The notes under the pieces were generated by a model, which was not told where the DNA came from, did no database searches, and worked only from the letters and a program-made list of their open reading frames with translations. Both the position numbers and the translations under genes were made by a program. Source: Malacoraja senta (lineage: Eukaryota). Taken from it: a stretch of 64,000 nucleotides of DNA. Where the stretch lies: assembly GCA_038087875.1 (NCBI GenBank), contig CM075987.1:16990001-17054000 (forward strand). Direction: 5' to 3'. Positions 1 through 11,310 of this stretch are shown piece by piece; position 1 is the first letter of the stretch; every line of letters starts with the position of its first letter.

Positions 1-550
1 ACCTTTACTACATGCCAATTTTAACTCCTGATACAACTTGCGCCCTATATCCAGGCCACTGTTTGGGGGCCTGTAGATAAGTCCCATTATGGTCTTTTTA
101 CCCTTTCAATTCCTTAGTTCTATCCATACTGACTCCACATCTCCCGTTTCAAAGTCACCCCTTGCAAGGGACTGAATTTCATTCCACACCAACCGAGCTA
201 CCCCACCCCCTCTGCCCACCTGACTGTCCTTTCGATAGGAGATATAACCTTGAATATTCAGTTCTCAGCCCTGGTCCTCTTGCAGCCATGTCTCTGTAAT
301 TCCCACAACATCATACTTGCCAATTTCTAACTGAGCCTCTTCTTATTTCTTATTCTTCGTGCATTCATATACAACACTTTGACTTTGGTATTCACCTCCC
401 CCCTCGCACCGCTCACAATTGGCCCTGACCTTACTCTCTTATCCCTTCTCGAACTTTCCTTCCCATTAATTCGGGAGACTTTTGTCATTTTTCCTGTACT
501 CACTTCCCCTTTAACTCCATCTTTATACTCCCAATTTGTCAATCCCTCCC
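1..550 (-). mobile_element. CR1 LINE fragment (start of ORF2, APE endonuclease)
   Basis: Minus-strand peptides KVLYMNARRIRNK and IMGLIYRPPNSG are typical CR1 endonuclease motifs; frame is disrupted. Confidence 0.8.
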
Positions 551-639
551 CCCCGTCTGCAGAGATGTTGCCTGAGTTACTGCAGCTTTTTGTGTCTATC
601 TTTGGTTTAAACCAGCATCTGCAGTTCCTTCCTGTATAG

Positions 640-900
640 GATGCAATGCTAACATTTATTTCGAGAGGGTTGGAATACAAAAACATGGATGTAATGCTGA
701 GGCTTTCTAAGGCACTGGTGAGACCGCATCTGGAGTATTGTGAGCAGCTTTGGGCCCCATATCTGAGGAAGGCGTTGGAGAGGGTCCAGAGGAGGTTAAG
801 GAGAATGATCCCTGGGATGATTGGGTTATCATGTGTTTGATGGTAGAGTAGACTTGATGGGCTGAATGGCCTAATTCCACTCCTACAATTTATGAACGTG
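640..900 (+). mobile_element. CR1 LINE 3' fragment
   Basis: ALVRPHLEYCEQLWAPYL...LERVQRR; CR1 3' UTR gggctgaatggcct. Confidence 0.8.
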
Positions 901-1478
901 AACTGATGACAAAGCATGGCAGGTGATATGTAGATAATATATATGAAGAAGGCTTTTCTTTGGCAAATGGTTGGAGCAAAAGCAGAGCTTTAAACGGAAG
1001 GTGTGAGACAAAATAATTGAAGATTGGCAAATTGTGAAGCTAGAGGAAGGTGGGGGGGCGGAAATAGGTTTGAGTCCAGGTGGAGCCCAGGGAAGGATGG
1101 GGGGGGGGGGGGAGTGAAAGACAGGGGGGGATGTCAGGGAGAAAGGTTAGAATTCTATGTTCATACCTATGAACATTGAATTGTCCAATTTGAGGTAACC
1201 CCTGTCCTTCTCCCCGACACCCCCATCACCTTTCTCCTTTTGAGATCCTGTACATCGGCGAGACAAAGCTTAGATCATTTCACCAGACTTCCGGTGGCGT
1301 CATGTTAGACTAACAGACGTGCACCCAGCTCCTCTCCCGAAAAACTTCACGATTTATCGTGTAAAACGGGTCCGAAAATCGGGATTGTTTTTAAAAACCT
1401 TACCGGAGCTTCTGGTTACCGCGCTGATGACGTCATCGTTAAACGCGATGTTTTAAACGGTGGTTTGAAGCCCTTTAA

Positions 1479-2549
1479 ATGAGTAAATTGACTCCAGCTG
1501 TGAGCCCTCAGAGAGCTGTGAATAAGCTGTCGAAAAAGTTTGAAACAGAAGTTACCTCTGAAGTCTCTGAAGTGGCTGCAGAAATGGATACAAGATCTAA
1601 GAAAGACTTTGATGACTTGAAGAAATCAATGAAAAATTTGAAAGATGAGATCTCGGATAATAGGGTGGAAGATAAGAAGGAAATGAAGGAAAATTCGGCA
1701 AGAATGATGGAAGGAATGGAGAAGATGATGAAGGATTTAAATGCTGGTAACCAGAAGAATATGACGGATTTACTGGACATTATGAATAAACGAATTGATG
1801 AGGTGAAAGATGGACTATCAGAGAAAATGGATAAGATGGATGTAATTACTACGGATAAGTTCACGGCTGTACTTGAAACAGTAGCTGCAAGTATGCAGAC
1901 AATTACGGAAATGGAGAAAAATACGGCTCGACTGGTTGAAGACATGGCGAAATTGAGGCAAGAACATGAGCAAATGAGGCGAGAAAACGAACAAGCATCA
2001 CTACAAATGGGGACTCAATTAGAGAAAGTCTCATTCAAATGCCTGGACCTGGAAGCTCGTTCTAGACGCCAGAATTTGAGAATTCTTGGTGTTTCAGAGG
2101 GGGCAGAAGGGGAACAGGTACGTGAATTTGCCATGGGCTTGTTGAAACAACTGTTGAATCTTCCCAAGGAACCGAAAATCGAAGTGGCTCATCGTGTCCC
2201 AAGATTTGGAAAAAGATTTGATGCGGGAAAAGCTTATCCACGACATATTATAGTGAAATTTCGAGATACTGCAGAACTGGAATACGTTATGACTAAAATC
2301 AAATATGGTGTACAATTACGGCTGGACAAAGACACTATTAAGATATTCAGGGACTACCCACATGAAATTGTGCAAAAAAGAAATAAATTTGATAAGGTTA
2401 AAGATCTTTTAAGAGGGAGAGAAGGGGTCAGATTTGGGGTTTTTTATCCCGCGAAAATGCGTATTTCTTTTAATGGTCTTGAAAAGTCATTTGTTAAGCC
2501 TGAAGACGCTTTTAAATATGCCCAAACAATTGTTGAAAAACAGAAATAA
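1479..2549 (+). CDS. L1 ORF1p (coiled-coil + RRM + CTD; Transposase_22-like), intact, 356 aa
   Basis: Heptad-rich N-terminus, LEARSRRQNLRILGVSEG, IEVAHRV, PRHIIVKF, IFRDY, YPAKMRI motifs. Confidence 0.92.
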   Translation: MSKLTPAVSPQRAVNKLSKKFETEVTSEVSEVAAEMDTRSKKDFDDLKKSMKNLKDEISDNRVEDKKEMKENSARMMEGMEKMMKDLNAGNQKNMTDLLDIMNKRIDEVKDGLSEKMDKMDVITTDKFTAVLETVAASMQTITEMEKNTARLVEDMAKLRQEHEQMRRENEQASLQMGTQLEKVSFKCLDLEARSRRQNLRILGVSEGAEGEQVREFAMGLLKQLLNLPKEPKIEVAHRVPRFGKRFDAGKAYPRHIIVKFRDTAELEYVMTKIKYGVQLRLDKDTIKIFRDYPHEIVQKRNKFDKVKDLLRGREGVRFGVFYPAKMRISFNGLEKSFVKPEDAFKYAQTIVEKQK

Positions 2550-3354
2550 AAGGGAGCTTTGGCAGATCCGAATAATTCTCAGCTATGTTTTGTCTGGGGA
2601 TAGTTACATTGTTATCTCTGGAATGTTGAAGCAAGGACATTTTCTGTTCAAAACGTGTAAACAACTTCATAGCTGGATATGAATTAGAAAATAATTGCTT
2701 ATTGATTAAAATGTTATAACCAATTGTAAGAACTTATCCTATTAACAACTTTAAAACTTATGCAGGTTAGATTAGAATACTAACAAAAAAAACAAAAAAA
2801 TAATGAACTAACATACTAATATGAATTTTTAATAAATTGTAACCTTGTCTATAAGCGGGAGGAGGGGATGAGAAACGAGCTCCTGGCTTATGTCCAGGAG
2901 CACGTCTCGTTAACCCCTTCAACCAACAGCTGATTCTTATTGAAATCAAAAATATTGGTTTAATAATTAAACTCTGATATATATATATGTTATAAGGAAA
3001 TATCAGGGTAAAATTGTATTATATATCTGAATGTGAGGCCTCGTTTTAATATTTTAATATGTTATGATTAACTAAGAGAGCGGAGCGAGTTGAGCAACAA
3101 CGCAATGGAAGTCAAAATAAGGTTTTTTCCCACCTACAGGTGGGTCACTCGCTACAGTGCCGACTATAGACACTGTAGCCTCACTTTTTTAGTTTTTTTT
3201 TTATCACATAAAATCACTTGTTTGTGTTTTGTGTTTAGTGATAAGAATAATATGGACATACCAACAAAAGTTAATAATTCAAAAACTCCCCCAATACCTA
3301 AAGACCTGGGATATGGACGCACCACAAGATTCAAAGGTACTATAATTATTCAAA

Positions 3355-6300
3355 ATGCATGACACCACACAAAAGAACCTAGGAGGAATCTCATTTTGTA
3401 GTTGGAATATAAGAGGTATTAACGAACCTATCAAAAGGGGTAAGATATTAGCTCAGCTAAAAATGTATAATTCTGACATTACCTTCCTACAAGAAACACA
3501 CCTAAAACCTCAGGACCAAGTTAGGCTGAGGGCGAAATGGATAGGTCAAACATACCACTCTTCATTCACTTCAAAATCTAGAGGCACGTCAATTATCATA
3601 AGAAAAGGTATACCATTTAAAGCAAAGAATATTATAACAGATATAGAAGGGAGATACCTAATAGTTAATGGAGAAATCCATGACACTCCACTTACTTTGG
3701 TAAATATATATGCCCCTAACTTTGATAACCCCCACTTTTTCAATAAAATCTTCAATATAATTGCAGAGTCAAACTATCAAAATGTTATAATAGGCGGAGA
3801 CTTTAACTGTGTTTTAGATCCGTACTTAGATAAATCAAGTCAAAAACAGAGAGGGAATATGAAATCGAAAACTGGGGAACTCCTCAATACCTACATAAAT
3901 AACACTAATATAGCAGATGTTTGGAGAATTGTGAATCCAACTGGCAGGGAATATTCGTTTTACTCAATGGTACATAAGACATACTCACGTATAGACTACT
4001 TTCTGCTGGATACAAAATTAATTCCCCAAACATCTAATGCAATATATCATACAAATTCAATTTCAGACCATTCTCCACTAACTTTCTTTTTAAAACTGGA
4101 AGGATTGTCTAAGAATAATTCATTCTGGAGATTTAACTCTCAAATTTTAAAAGATCCACAAGCGAGTATATATTTAAAAGAACAAATGGAGGTCTTTTTT
4201 CAAACAAATGATACTTCAGATATATCGCCTACTTTACTTTGGGAATCTTTTAAAGCATACATTAGGGGTATTATAATTTCATATCAAGCTTTTCAAAATA
4301 AAAAGAATAAGAATGAACAAAGACAGTTAGAAGAACTTATTAGACAAATGGATATAGATAATGCTAAAGATCCATCAATAGATAAACATAATAAAATAAT
4401 AATTTTAAAATTTAAATTAAATAAATTATTATCTGCCAAACTTATAAGACTTTTTCAAATTACAAAACAAGAGCACTTTGAATTTGGGGATAAACCGCAT
4501 AAACTTTTGGCTCGCCAGCTAAAAAAACGAGAAAAGGAACATACTATACCAAAGATCAAATCAGATAAAGGGGAATTATTAACAACACCGAAGGATATTA
4601 ATAAAAGATTTGCGCAATTTTACGAGAATTTGTATACATCTAAAACGATAATTGATTCCAATAATATCACAAAGTTCTTGGATACCTGTAATCTTCCAAA
4701 GTTAGAGCTGAAGGAACAAGAGTAACTGGGTGCACAAATCTCAATTAAGGAATTAGAAGATACAATAAACTCACTAAAAAATGGAAAAACACCAGGCCCT
4801 GATGGATTTACTAATGAATTTTATAAAAGCTTTTATGATAAAATAATACCAAGATTACAAAAAATGTACCAATACGCTTTTAAAAAACGAATACTACCTG
4901 ATACATTAGCGGAATCAACGATTACATTAATACCTAAGAAAAATAAGGATTTAGAAGAACCTGGCTCATATAGAGCTATAGCATTGTTAAACACAGATCA
5001 AAAAATATTAGCGAAAACATTAGCCAGAAGATTAAGTAAATACATTAGTAAATTAATAAACCCAGATCAGACAGGGTTTATCCCTAAGAGATACTCTTCT
5101 AATAATATGAGACGTCTACTCAACATAATGCACTCACACAAATCTGAAGATCAAGAATTATCAATTATTTCGCTGGATGCTGAAAAAGCATTTGATCAAG
5201 TAGAATGGAATTATATGGATAAAGTATTACAAAAATTTCAACTGGGAGAGAATTTTATTTTATGGATTAAGTTACTATATAACAAACCTACAGCTAGAAT
5301 ACTTACTAATAACATATTATCCTCGAAATTTCAACTATCAAGGGGAAATAGACAAGGATGCTCATTATCACCACAGCTGTTTGCTCTCATTATTGAACCG
5401 CTAGCAGAAAAAATTAGAATACACCCTGATATTCATGGATATAATACTAAAGACTCATATAATAAAATATCTTTATACGCGGATGATATATTATTGTATA
5501 TTACAAAACCTCAAATCACTATACCAAATATATTAAATTTAATTGAAGACTTCGGATCTTTTTCTGGATATAGAATAAATTGGAATAAAAGTGAAATTAT
5601 GTCAATAAAACCGAAAGATTCAACACATCTTTTAAAATTCCCTTTTAAAATAGCTACAGAAAAATTTAAATATTTGGGAATCGAAATTACCAGAACATAT
5701 CAAGGTATGCTCAGGGCAAATTTTGACCCCCTACTTAATAAACTGAATACATTAATTAAATTCTGGAAAACGCTTCCGATGTCTTTAATAGGCTGAATAA
5801 ACGCAATAAAAATGATCTTTTTACCACAAATTTTATACCTATTTCAATCAATTCCTATATACTTACCTAAGAAGTTTTTTAAAAAACTCGACTCAGATAT
5901 CACTAATTTTATATGGGACTATAAATCACATAGAATACAAAAAACTCATCTGAATAAACCTAAAGTATTGGGGGGTCTAGCACTACCTAATTTTATGTAT
6001 TATTATTGGTCAGTAAATATTAAAAACATGATTCAACTGATGGATAACTCCGCCCAGCAAGTAGACTGGATTGTAATGGAGAAAGAGGATTGCTCCTCTA
6101 GAAACATTGGAGCGATCCTCCTCTCTCCAATGAAATTGAATAACATAAACTATAATAAGAACCCAATTATTCATAGTACAATCCGTATTTGGAAACAAAT
6201 AAAACAAAATTTAAAATTAAGAAACTTATCACTTTTATTACCTATAGTCAATAACCCTTCGTTTAGTCCTTCTATTATAGATAAAGCTTATACACAATGG

Positions 6301-6444
6301 GATAGACTAGGAATTAAAACGCTTGGTGACTTGTATGAAACTGGAAAATTACTTTCATTTCAACAATTACAAATAAAATATAAACTCGGAAATAATCAAT
6401 ATTTTAAATACTTTTAAATCTGCGACTATTTGAAAAAATATATT
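3355..6444 (+). pseudogene. L1 ORF2 (APE endonuclease + reverse transcriptase), three in-frame stops, C-terminal CCHC region missing
   Basis: SWNIRG, FLQETH, GGDFN, SRIDY, SDH; PGPDG region, LDAEKAFD, RQGCSLSP, YADD; ORFs 3355, 4864 and 5812 share one frame, separated by TAA 4723, TGA 5794 and TAA 6415. Confidence 0.93.
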
Positions 6445-7063
6445 AAAAAAGATCATTTCACCAGAAACGTGCTCGATCCACCAAGGCCTACCACATATCC
6501 CGGTTGCCATCATTTTAACTCCCCTTCCCATTCCCACACTGACCTTTCAGTCCTGGGCCTCTGCCTTTGTCAGTAAGGGCACACATAAATTGGAGGAATC
6601 ACACCTCATACTCCCCCCCCCCCCTCCCCTGTGCTCCACCTGGACTCACACCTCATATCCCCCCTACCCTGTGTTCCACCTGGACACACACCTCATATCC
6701 CCCCCCACCCCCTGTACTCCACCTAGACTCACACTAATTTCTTCCCTCTCCCACCACCTACATTCCTTCTGCTGGCCACACAGTTAGCAACTCCAATCCT
6801 TTTGCCTTGCATCTTTTTTCTCATCGCTGGCCTTTGTTCAACCATCTGCCTATCCAAACCCCTGTCTTCTGTGTTCATCTACTACCTGTCACGCTCTGTC
6901 CTGCCTACACTTTGTCCGGCCCCTGCTGTCTTCTTGCTTTCTTCCCCAACCCCTAACCCCCACCCCACCTAAATCAGTCCAAAATACTTTGTCTTTATTG
7001 AAGTGATACCTCAGATTTCTTCCTAATGAATAGCTTTGACCTGTCCCTCCTGCTTTCCTCCAG

Positions 7064-7220
7064 GTACACCCATTTGGCTGATGATATTTCTCGTGCTGAT
7101 TCTGATCTTACTACTTGTGGCATTCGGACTGCTCACGTATTACCTGAGGAAAGAGACTGACAACATGACTGATGAAGTATCAGAAAGATCCAACCTCAGT
7201 GAGAATAATCCCAGTGTCAG
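7064..7220 (+). CDS. Host gene 1 internal exon: transmembrane helix + start of cytoplasmic tail of a type-I membrane protein
   Basis: Acceptor ccctcctgctttcctccag, donor AG/gtaagg; encodes (G)TPIWLMIFLVLILILLLVAFGLLTYYLRKETDNMTDEVSERSNLSENNPSV; phase 1 to phase 2; non-repetitive sequence. Confidence 0.82.
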
Positions 7221-7272
7221 GTAAGGTGCCATTGTTTCATGCGGGTCTGTTGCAATTTTTATTGTGAAATAT

Positions 7273-7407
7273 AGAGTGCTGGAGTAACTCAGCGGATCAG
7301 GCAGCATCTGTGGAGAACATGGATAGGTGACGTTTCACAGAGTGCTGGAGTAACTCAGCGGGTCAGGCAGCATCTGTGGAGAACATGGATAGGTGACGTT
7401 TCACAGA
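7273..7407 (-). repeat. 66-bp tandem repeat (2 copies) derived from the Penelope terminus
   Basis: agagtgctggagtaactcagcgg...ggataggtgacgtttcac at 7273 and 7339. Confidence 0.85.
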
Positions 7408-8235
7408 GGAGATGGGGTTGCTCTGTTGGTGAGGAATGATATTCAGTCCCTTGCAAGGGGTGACTTTGAAACAGGAGATGTGGAGTCAGTATGGATAGAA
7501 CTAAGGAATTGTAGGAAAAGATTAGTTAAGACCAAAGTTGGACCCTTGAAGACTGAAAAGGGTGAATTTATTATGGGGAACAAGGAAATGGCAGATAAGT
7601 TGAAGAGGTACTTTGGATCTGTCTTCACTAAGGAGGACACAAACAATCTTCCTTATGTACTGCTGGCCAGAGCATCTGGGATGACAGAGGAACTGAAGGA
7701 AATCCACATTAGGCAGGAAATGGTGTTGGGTAGACTGAAGGCTGATCAATCCCCAGGGCCTGATGGTCTGCATCCCAGGGTACTTAAGGAAGTGGCTCTA
7801 GAAATCATGGACGCGTTGGTATTAATTTTCCAATGTTCTATAGACTCAGGATCAGTTCCTGTAGATTGGAGGGTAGCTAATGTTATCCCACTTTTTAGGA
7901 AAGGCGGGAGAGAGAAAACGGAATTATAGACCAGTTAGCATGACATTGGTGGTTGGGAAAATGCTGGAGTCAATTATAAAAGATGAAATAGAAGCACATT
8001 TGGATAGCAGTAACAGGATCGGTCCGGTCAGCATGGATATATGAAGGGGAAATCATGCTTGACTAATCTTCTGGAATTTTTTGAGGATATAACTAGGAAA
8101 ATAGACAAGGGAGAGCCAGTGGATGTAGTGTACCTGGACTTTCAAAAAGCATTTGATAAGGTCCCACATAGGAGATTAGTTGGCAAAATTAAGGCACATG
8201 GTATTGGGGGTAGAGTGCTGACATGGTTAGAAAAT
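7408..8235 (+). mobile_element. CR1 ORF2 fragment, internally deleted
   Basis: SPGPDGLHPRVLKE, WRVANVIPLF, KSCLTNLLEFF, YLDFQKAFDKVPH. Confidence 0.88.
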
Positions 8236-8236
8236 T

Positions 8237-8382
8237 GTTCTCCACAGATGCTGCCTGACCTGCTGAGTTACTCCAGCACTCTGTGAAACGTCACCTATCC
8301 ATGTTCTCCACAGATGCTGCCTGACCCGCTGAATTACTCCAGTACTCTGTGAAACGTCACCTATCCATGTTCTCCACAGATG
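8237..8382 (+). repeat. 66-bp tandem repeat (about 2.2 copies), inverted relative to 7273-7407
   Basis: ttctccacagatgctgcctgacc...ctctgtgaaacgtcacctatccatg repeated. Confidence 0.85.
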
Positions 8383-8489
8383 GCAAGACCATCTATTATC
8401 TACCTGTGCATAATCTATATCCTTCCATTCTTTGTATATCCATATACCTGTCTAAAAGTCTTTTAAATGCCACTACCGTATATTTCGAA

Positions 8490-10113
8490 AACGTAACCAA
8501 AAAAGTAATAATCTCTGCATTACTACCTGAGCCATGAGCAAATTGGCATTGGGTTGAGAAGATGCAAGAGTTGAACGTCAGGCTGAAAGACTGGTGTGGG
8601 AGAAGTGGATTTGAAGTTGTTGACATTGGCGCCAGTATTGGGGAAAGAGGGAGCTGTTCCAATGGGACAGACTCCACTTGATCCCGGCTGGGACCAGGGT
8701 CCTGGCAAACCGCATAACCAGGGCCCTAGAGAGGTTGGTAAACTAAACAGTGCGGGAAAGTGGAAGTGTTATGGGTGAAGTTAAAGGCAAGGAAAGTGCA
8801 GGAGAGGTTACTGAAGTCTCCAGAAGTAATAGGATGGAAAGGTCAAGAAGGGATAGGAGAGTAAGGTCAGCTTCCGCAGATAATTCTGAAGGTGCAGGAT
8901 CATTTCATTCCAAAGAGGAAGAAGGATTCCAAGGGCGAATAAACCGACCATGGCTGACAAGGGAGGTCAAGGACAACATAAAAGCAAAAGAGAAGGCTAT
9001 ATAACATTGCAGAGATTAGTGGGAAGCCAGAGGATTGGGATGTTTAAAAGAACAAAAGGTAACTAAAAGGACAATTCGGAAAGAAAAGATGAAGTACAAA
9101 TGTAAGCTAGCCAATAATATAAAGGAGGATAGCAAGAGTTTCTATGGATATATGAAGTGTAAAAAAGTGGACGTTGGGCCGCTGGCGAATGATGCAGGAG
9201 AAGTGATAAGGGGAAATCAAGAAATGTCAGAGGAATTGAATAACTTTTTTGTATCAGTCTTCACAGTGGAAGACACCAGCAACGTGCCTGCAATCCTAGG
9301 GAGTCAGGGGGTGGAAGTTAGTGCAGTCGTGATTACTTAGGAGGTGCGAGGAAATTGAAAGGTCTGAAGGTGGATAAGTCACCTGGACCGGATGGACTGC
9401 ACCCCAGGGTTCTGAAAGAGGTGGGCTTCAGGGATTGTGGAGGCATTGACAGAGTCAGGAGTGGTTCCAGACGATTGGAAAAATGCCAATTTTACCCCGC
9501 TGCACAAGAAGGGAGCGAAGCAGGAGAGGGGAAGCTATAGGCCGGTTAGTCTGACTTCAGAGACCATTATAAAAGACAAGGTTTCTGAGTACTTAGAAGT
9601 TCCTGATAAAATCAGTCGGTCAACATGGTTATTTGGAGATCTTGCGTGACAAATGTGTTTGAATTCTTTGAGGAAATAAACAGCCGGATAAACAAAGGAG
9701 ACTCAGTGGAGGTTGTTTACCTGGATTTTCAGAAGACCTTTGTACGTAAGGCTGCTAAAGAAGATGAGAGCCCATGATGTTAGAAGGAATGATTTGGATG
9801 AGGGGAGGGAAGGCTTTGTGGCCAAGTGTGCAGATGATATGAAGATAGGTGGGAGGGGCAGGTAGTGTAGAGAAAGCAGGGACTCTGCAGAAGGACTTGG
9901 ACATATTGGGAGAGTGGGCAAAGTAGTGGCAGATGGAATATAGCATAGCAAAATGTGGAGGCATGCACAATAGGAGTAAAAGCGTAGACTATTTTCTAAA
10001 TGGGGAGAGGATTCATAGGAATTAGAGCACATGGTATTGACATGGATAGAGAACTGGTTGGCAGACAGGAAGCAAAGAATAGGAATTAACGGGTCCTTTT
10101 CAGAATAGCAGGC
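8490..10113 (+). mobile_element. Decayed CR1 with ORF1 SGNH-esterase remnant and deleted ORF2
   Basis: KVIISALLPEP...LKDWCGRSGF (esterase-type ORF1), PWLTREVK, SPGPDGLHPRVLKE, YRPVSLTS. Confidence 0.75.
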
Positions 10114-11090
10114 AACATAGAAAATAGGTGCAGGAGTAGGCCATTCGGCCCTTCGAGCCTGCACCGCCAGTCAATATGATCATGACTGATCATCCAACTC
10201 AGTATCCTGTACCTGCCTTCTCTCCATACCCCCTGATCCCTTTAGCCACAAGGGCCACATCTATCTCCCTCTTAAATATAGCCAATGAACTGGCCTCAAC
10301 TACCTTCTGTGGCAGAGAGTTCCAGAGATTCACCACTCTGTGTGAAAAATGTTTTTCTCATCTCGGTCCTAAAGGATTTCCCCTTTATCCTTAAATTGTG
10401 ACCCCTTGTCCTGGACTTCCCCAACATCGGGAACAATCTTCCTGCATCTAGCCTGTCCAACATCTTAAGAATTGTGTACGTTTCTATAAGATCCCCCCTC
10501 AATCTTCTAAATTCTAGCGAGTACAAGCCAAGTCTATCCAGTCTTTCTTCATATGAAAGTCCTGACATCCCAGGAATCAGTCTGGTGAACCTTCTCTGTA
10601 CTCCCTCTATGGCAAGAATGTCTTTCCTCAGATTTGGAGACCAAAACTGTATGCAATACTCCAGGTGTGGTCTCACCAAGACACTGTACAACTGCAGTAG
10701 AACCTCCCTGCTCCTATACTCAAATCGTTTTGCTATGAATGCTAACATACCATTCGCTTTCTTCACTGCCTGCTGCACCTGCATGCCTACTTTCAATGAC
10801 TGGTGTACCATGACACCCAGGTCTCGTTGCATCTCCCCTTTTCCTAATCGACCACCATTCAGATAATAGTCTACTTTCCTGTTTTTGCCACCAAAGTGGA
10901 TAACCTCACATTTATCCACATTATACTGCATCTGCCATGCATTTGCCCAGTCACCCAGCCTATCCAAGTCACCTTGCAGCCTCCTAGCACCCTCCTCACA
11001 GCTAACACTGCCCCCCAGCTTCCGCAAACTGGGAGATGTTGCATTCAATTCCCTCGTCCAAATCATTACTATATATTGTAAATAGCTGGG
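10114..11090 (-). mobile_element. CR1 3' copy (RT C-terminus + 3' UTR) nested in a + strand CR1
   Basis: ORF 10296-11066 LQGDLDRL...RPHLEYC...RRLRGDLIE; tail next to 10114. Confidence 0.9.
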
Positions 11091-11310
11091 ATATTGGTCC
11101 CCCTCGGGTAATGACTGGCGAGGTGCCGCAAGGCTCAGTGATGGGACTCGTTATTTATAATATATATTAATGATTTAGACGAAGGAATTAAATGTAATAT
11201 CTCCATGTTTGCGGATGACACAAAGCTGGATGGCAGTGTGAGCTGTGAGGAGGATGCTATGAAGCTGCAGGGTGACTTGGACAGGTTGGGTGAGTGGGCA
11301 GATGCAATAT

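Larger units (their letters stand above)
1288..6449 (+). mobile_element. L1-clade LINE, 5'-complete, 3'-truncated inside ORF2, with 16-bp TSD
   Basis: AGATCATTTCACCAGA at 1272-1287 and 6450-6465; CpG-rich 5' UTR starting (GA)CTTCCGGT; ORF1, 0.8-kb spacer, ORF2; short A run at the 3' end; interrupts a Penelope GIY-YIG remnant (LYIGETK at about 1248-1270, continuing after 6465). Confidence 0.93.

Noticed and set aside
1508..1945. Antisense ORF in L1 ORF1, and similar antisense ORFs over CR1/Penelope copies
   Set aside because: Shadow frames of element coding sequence
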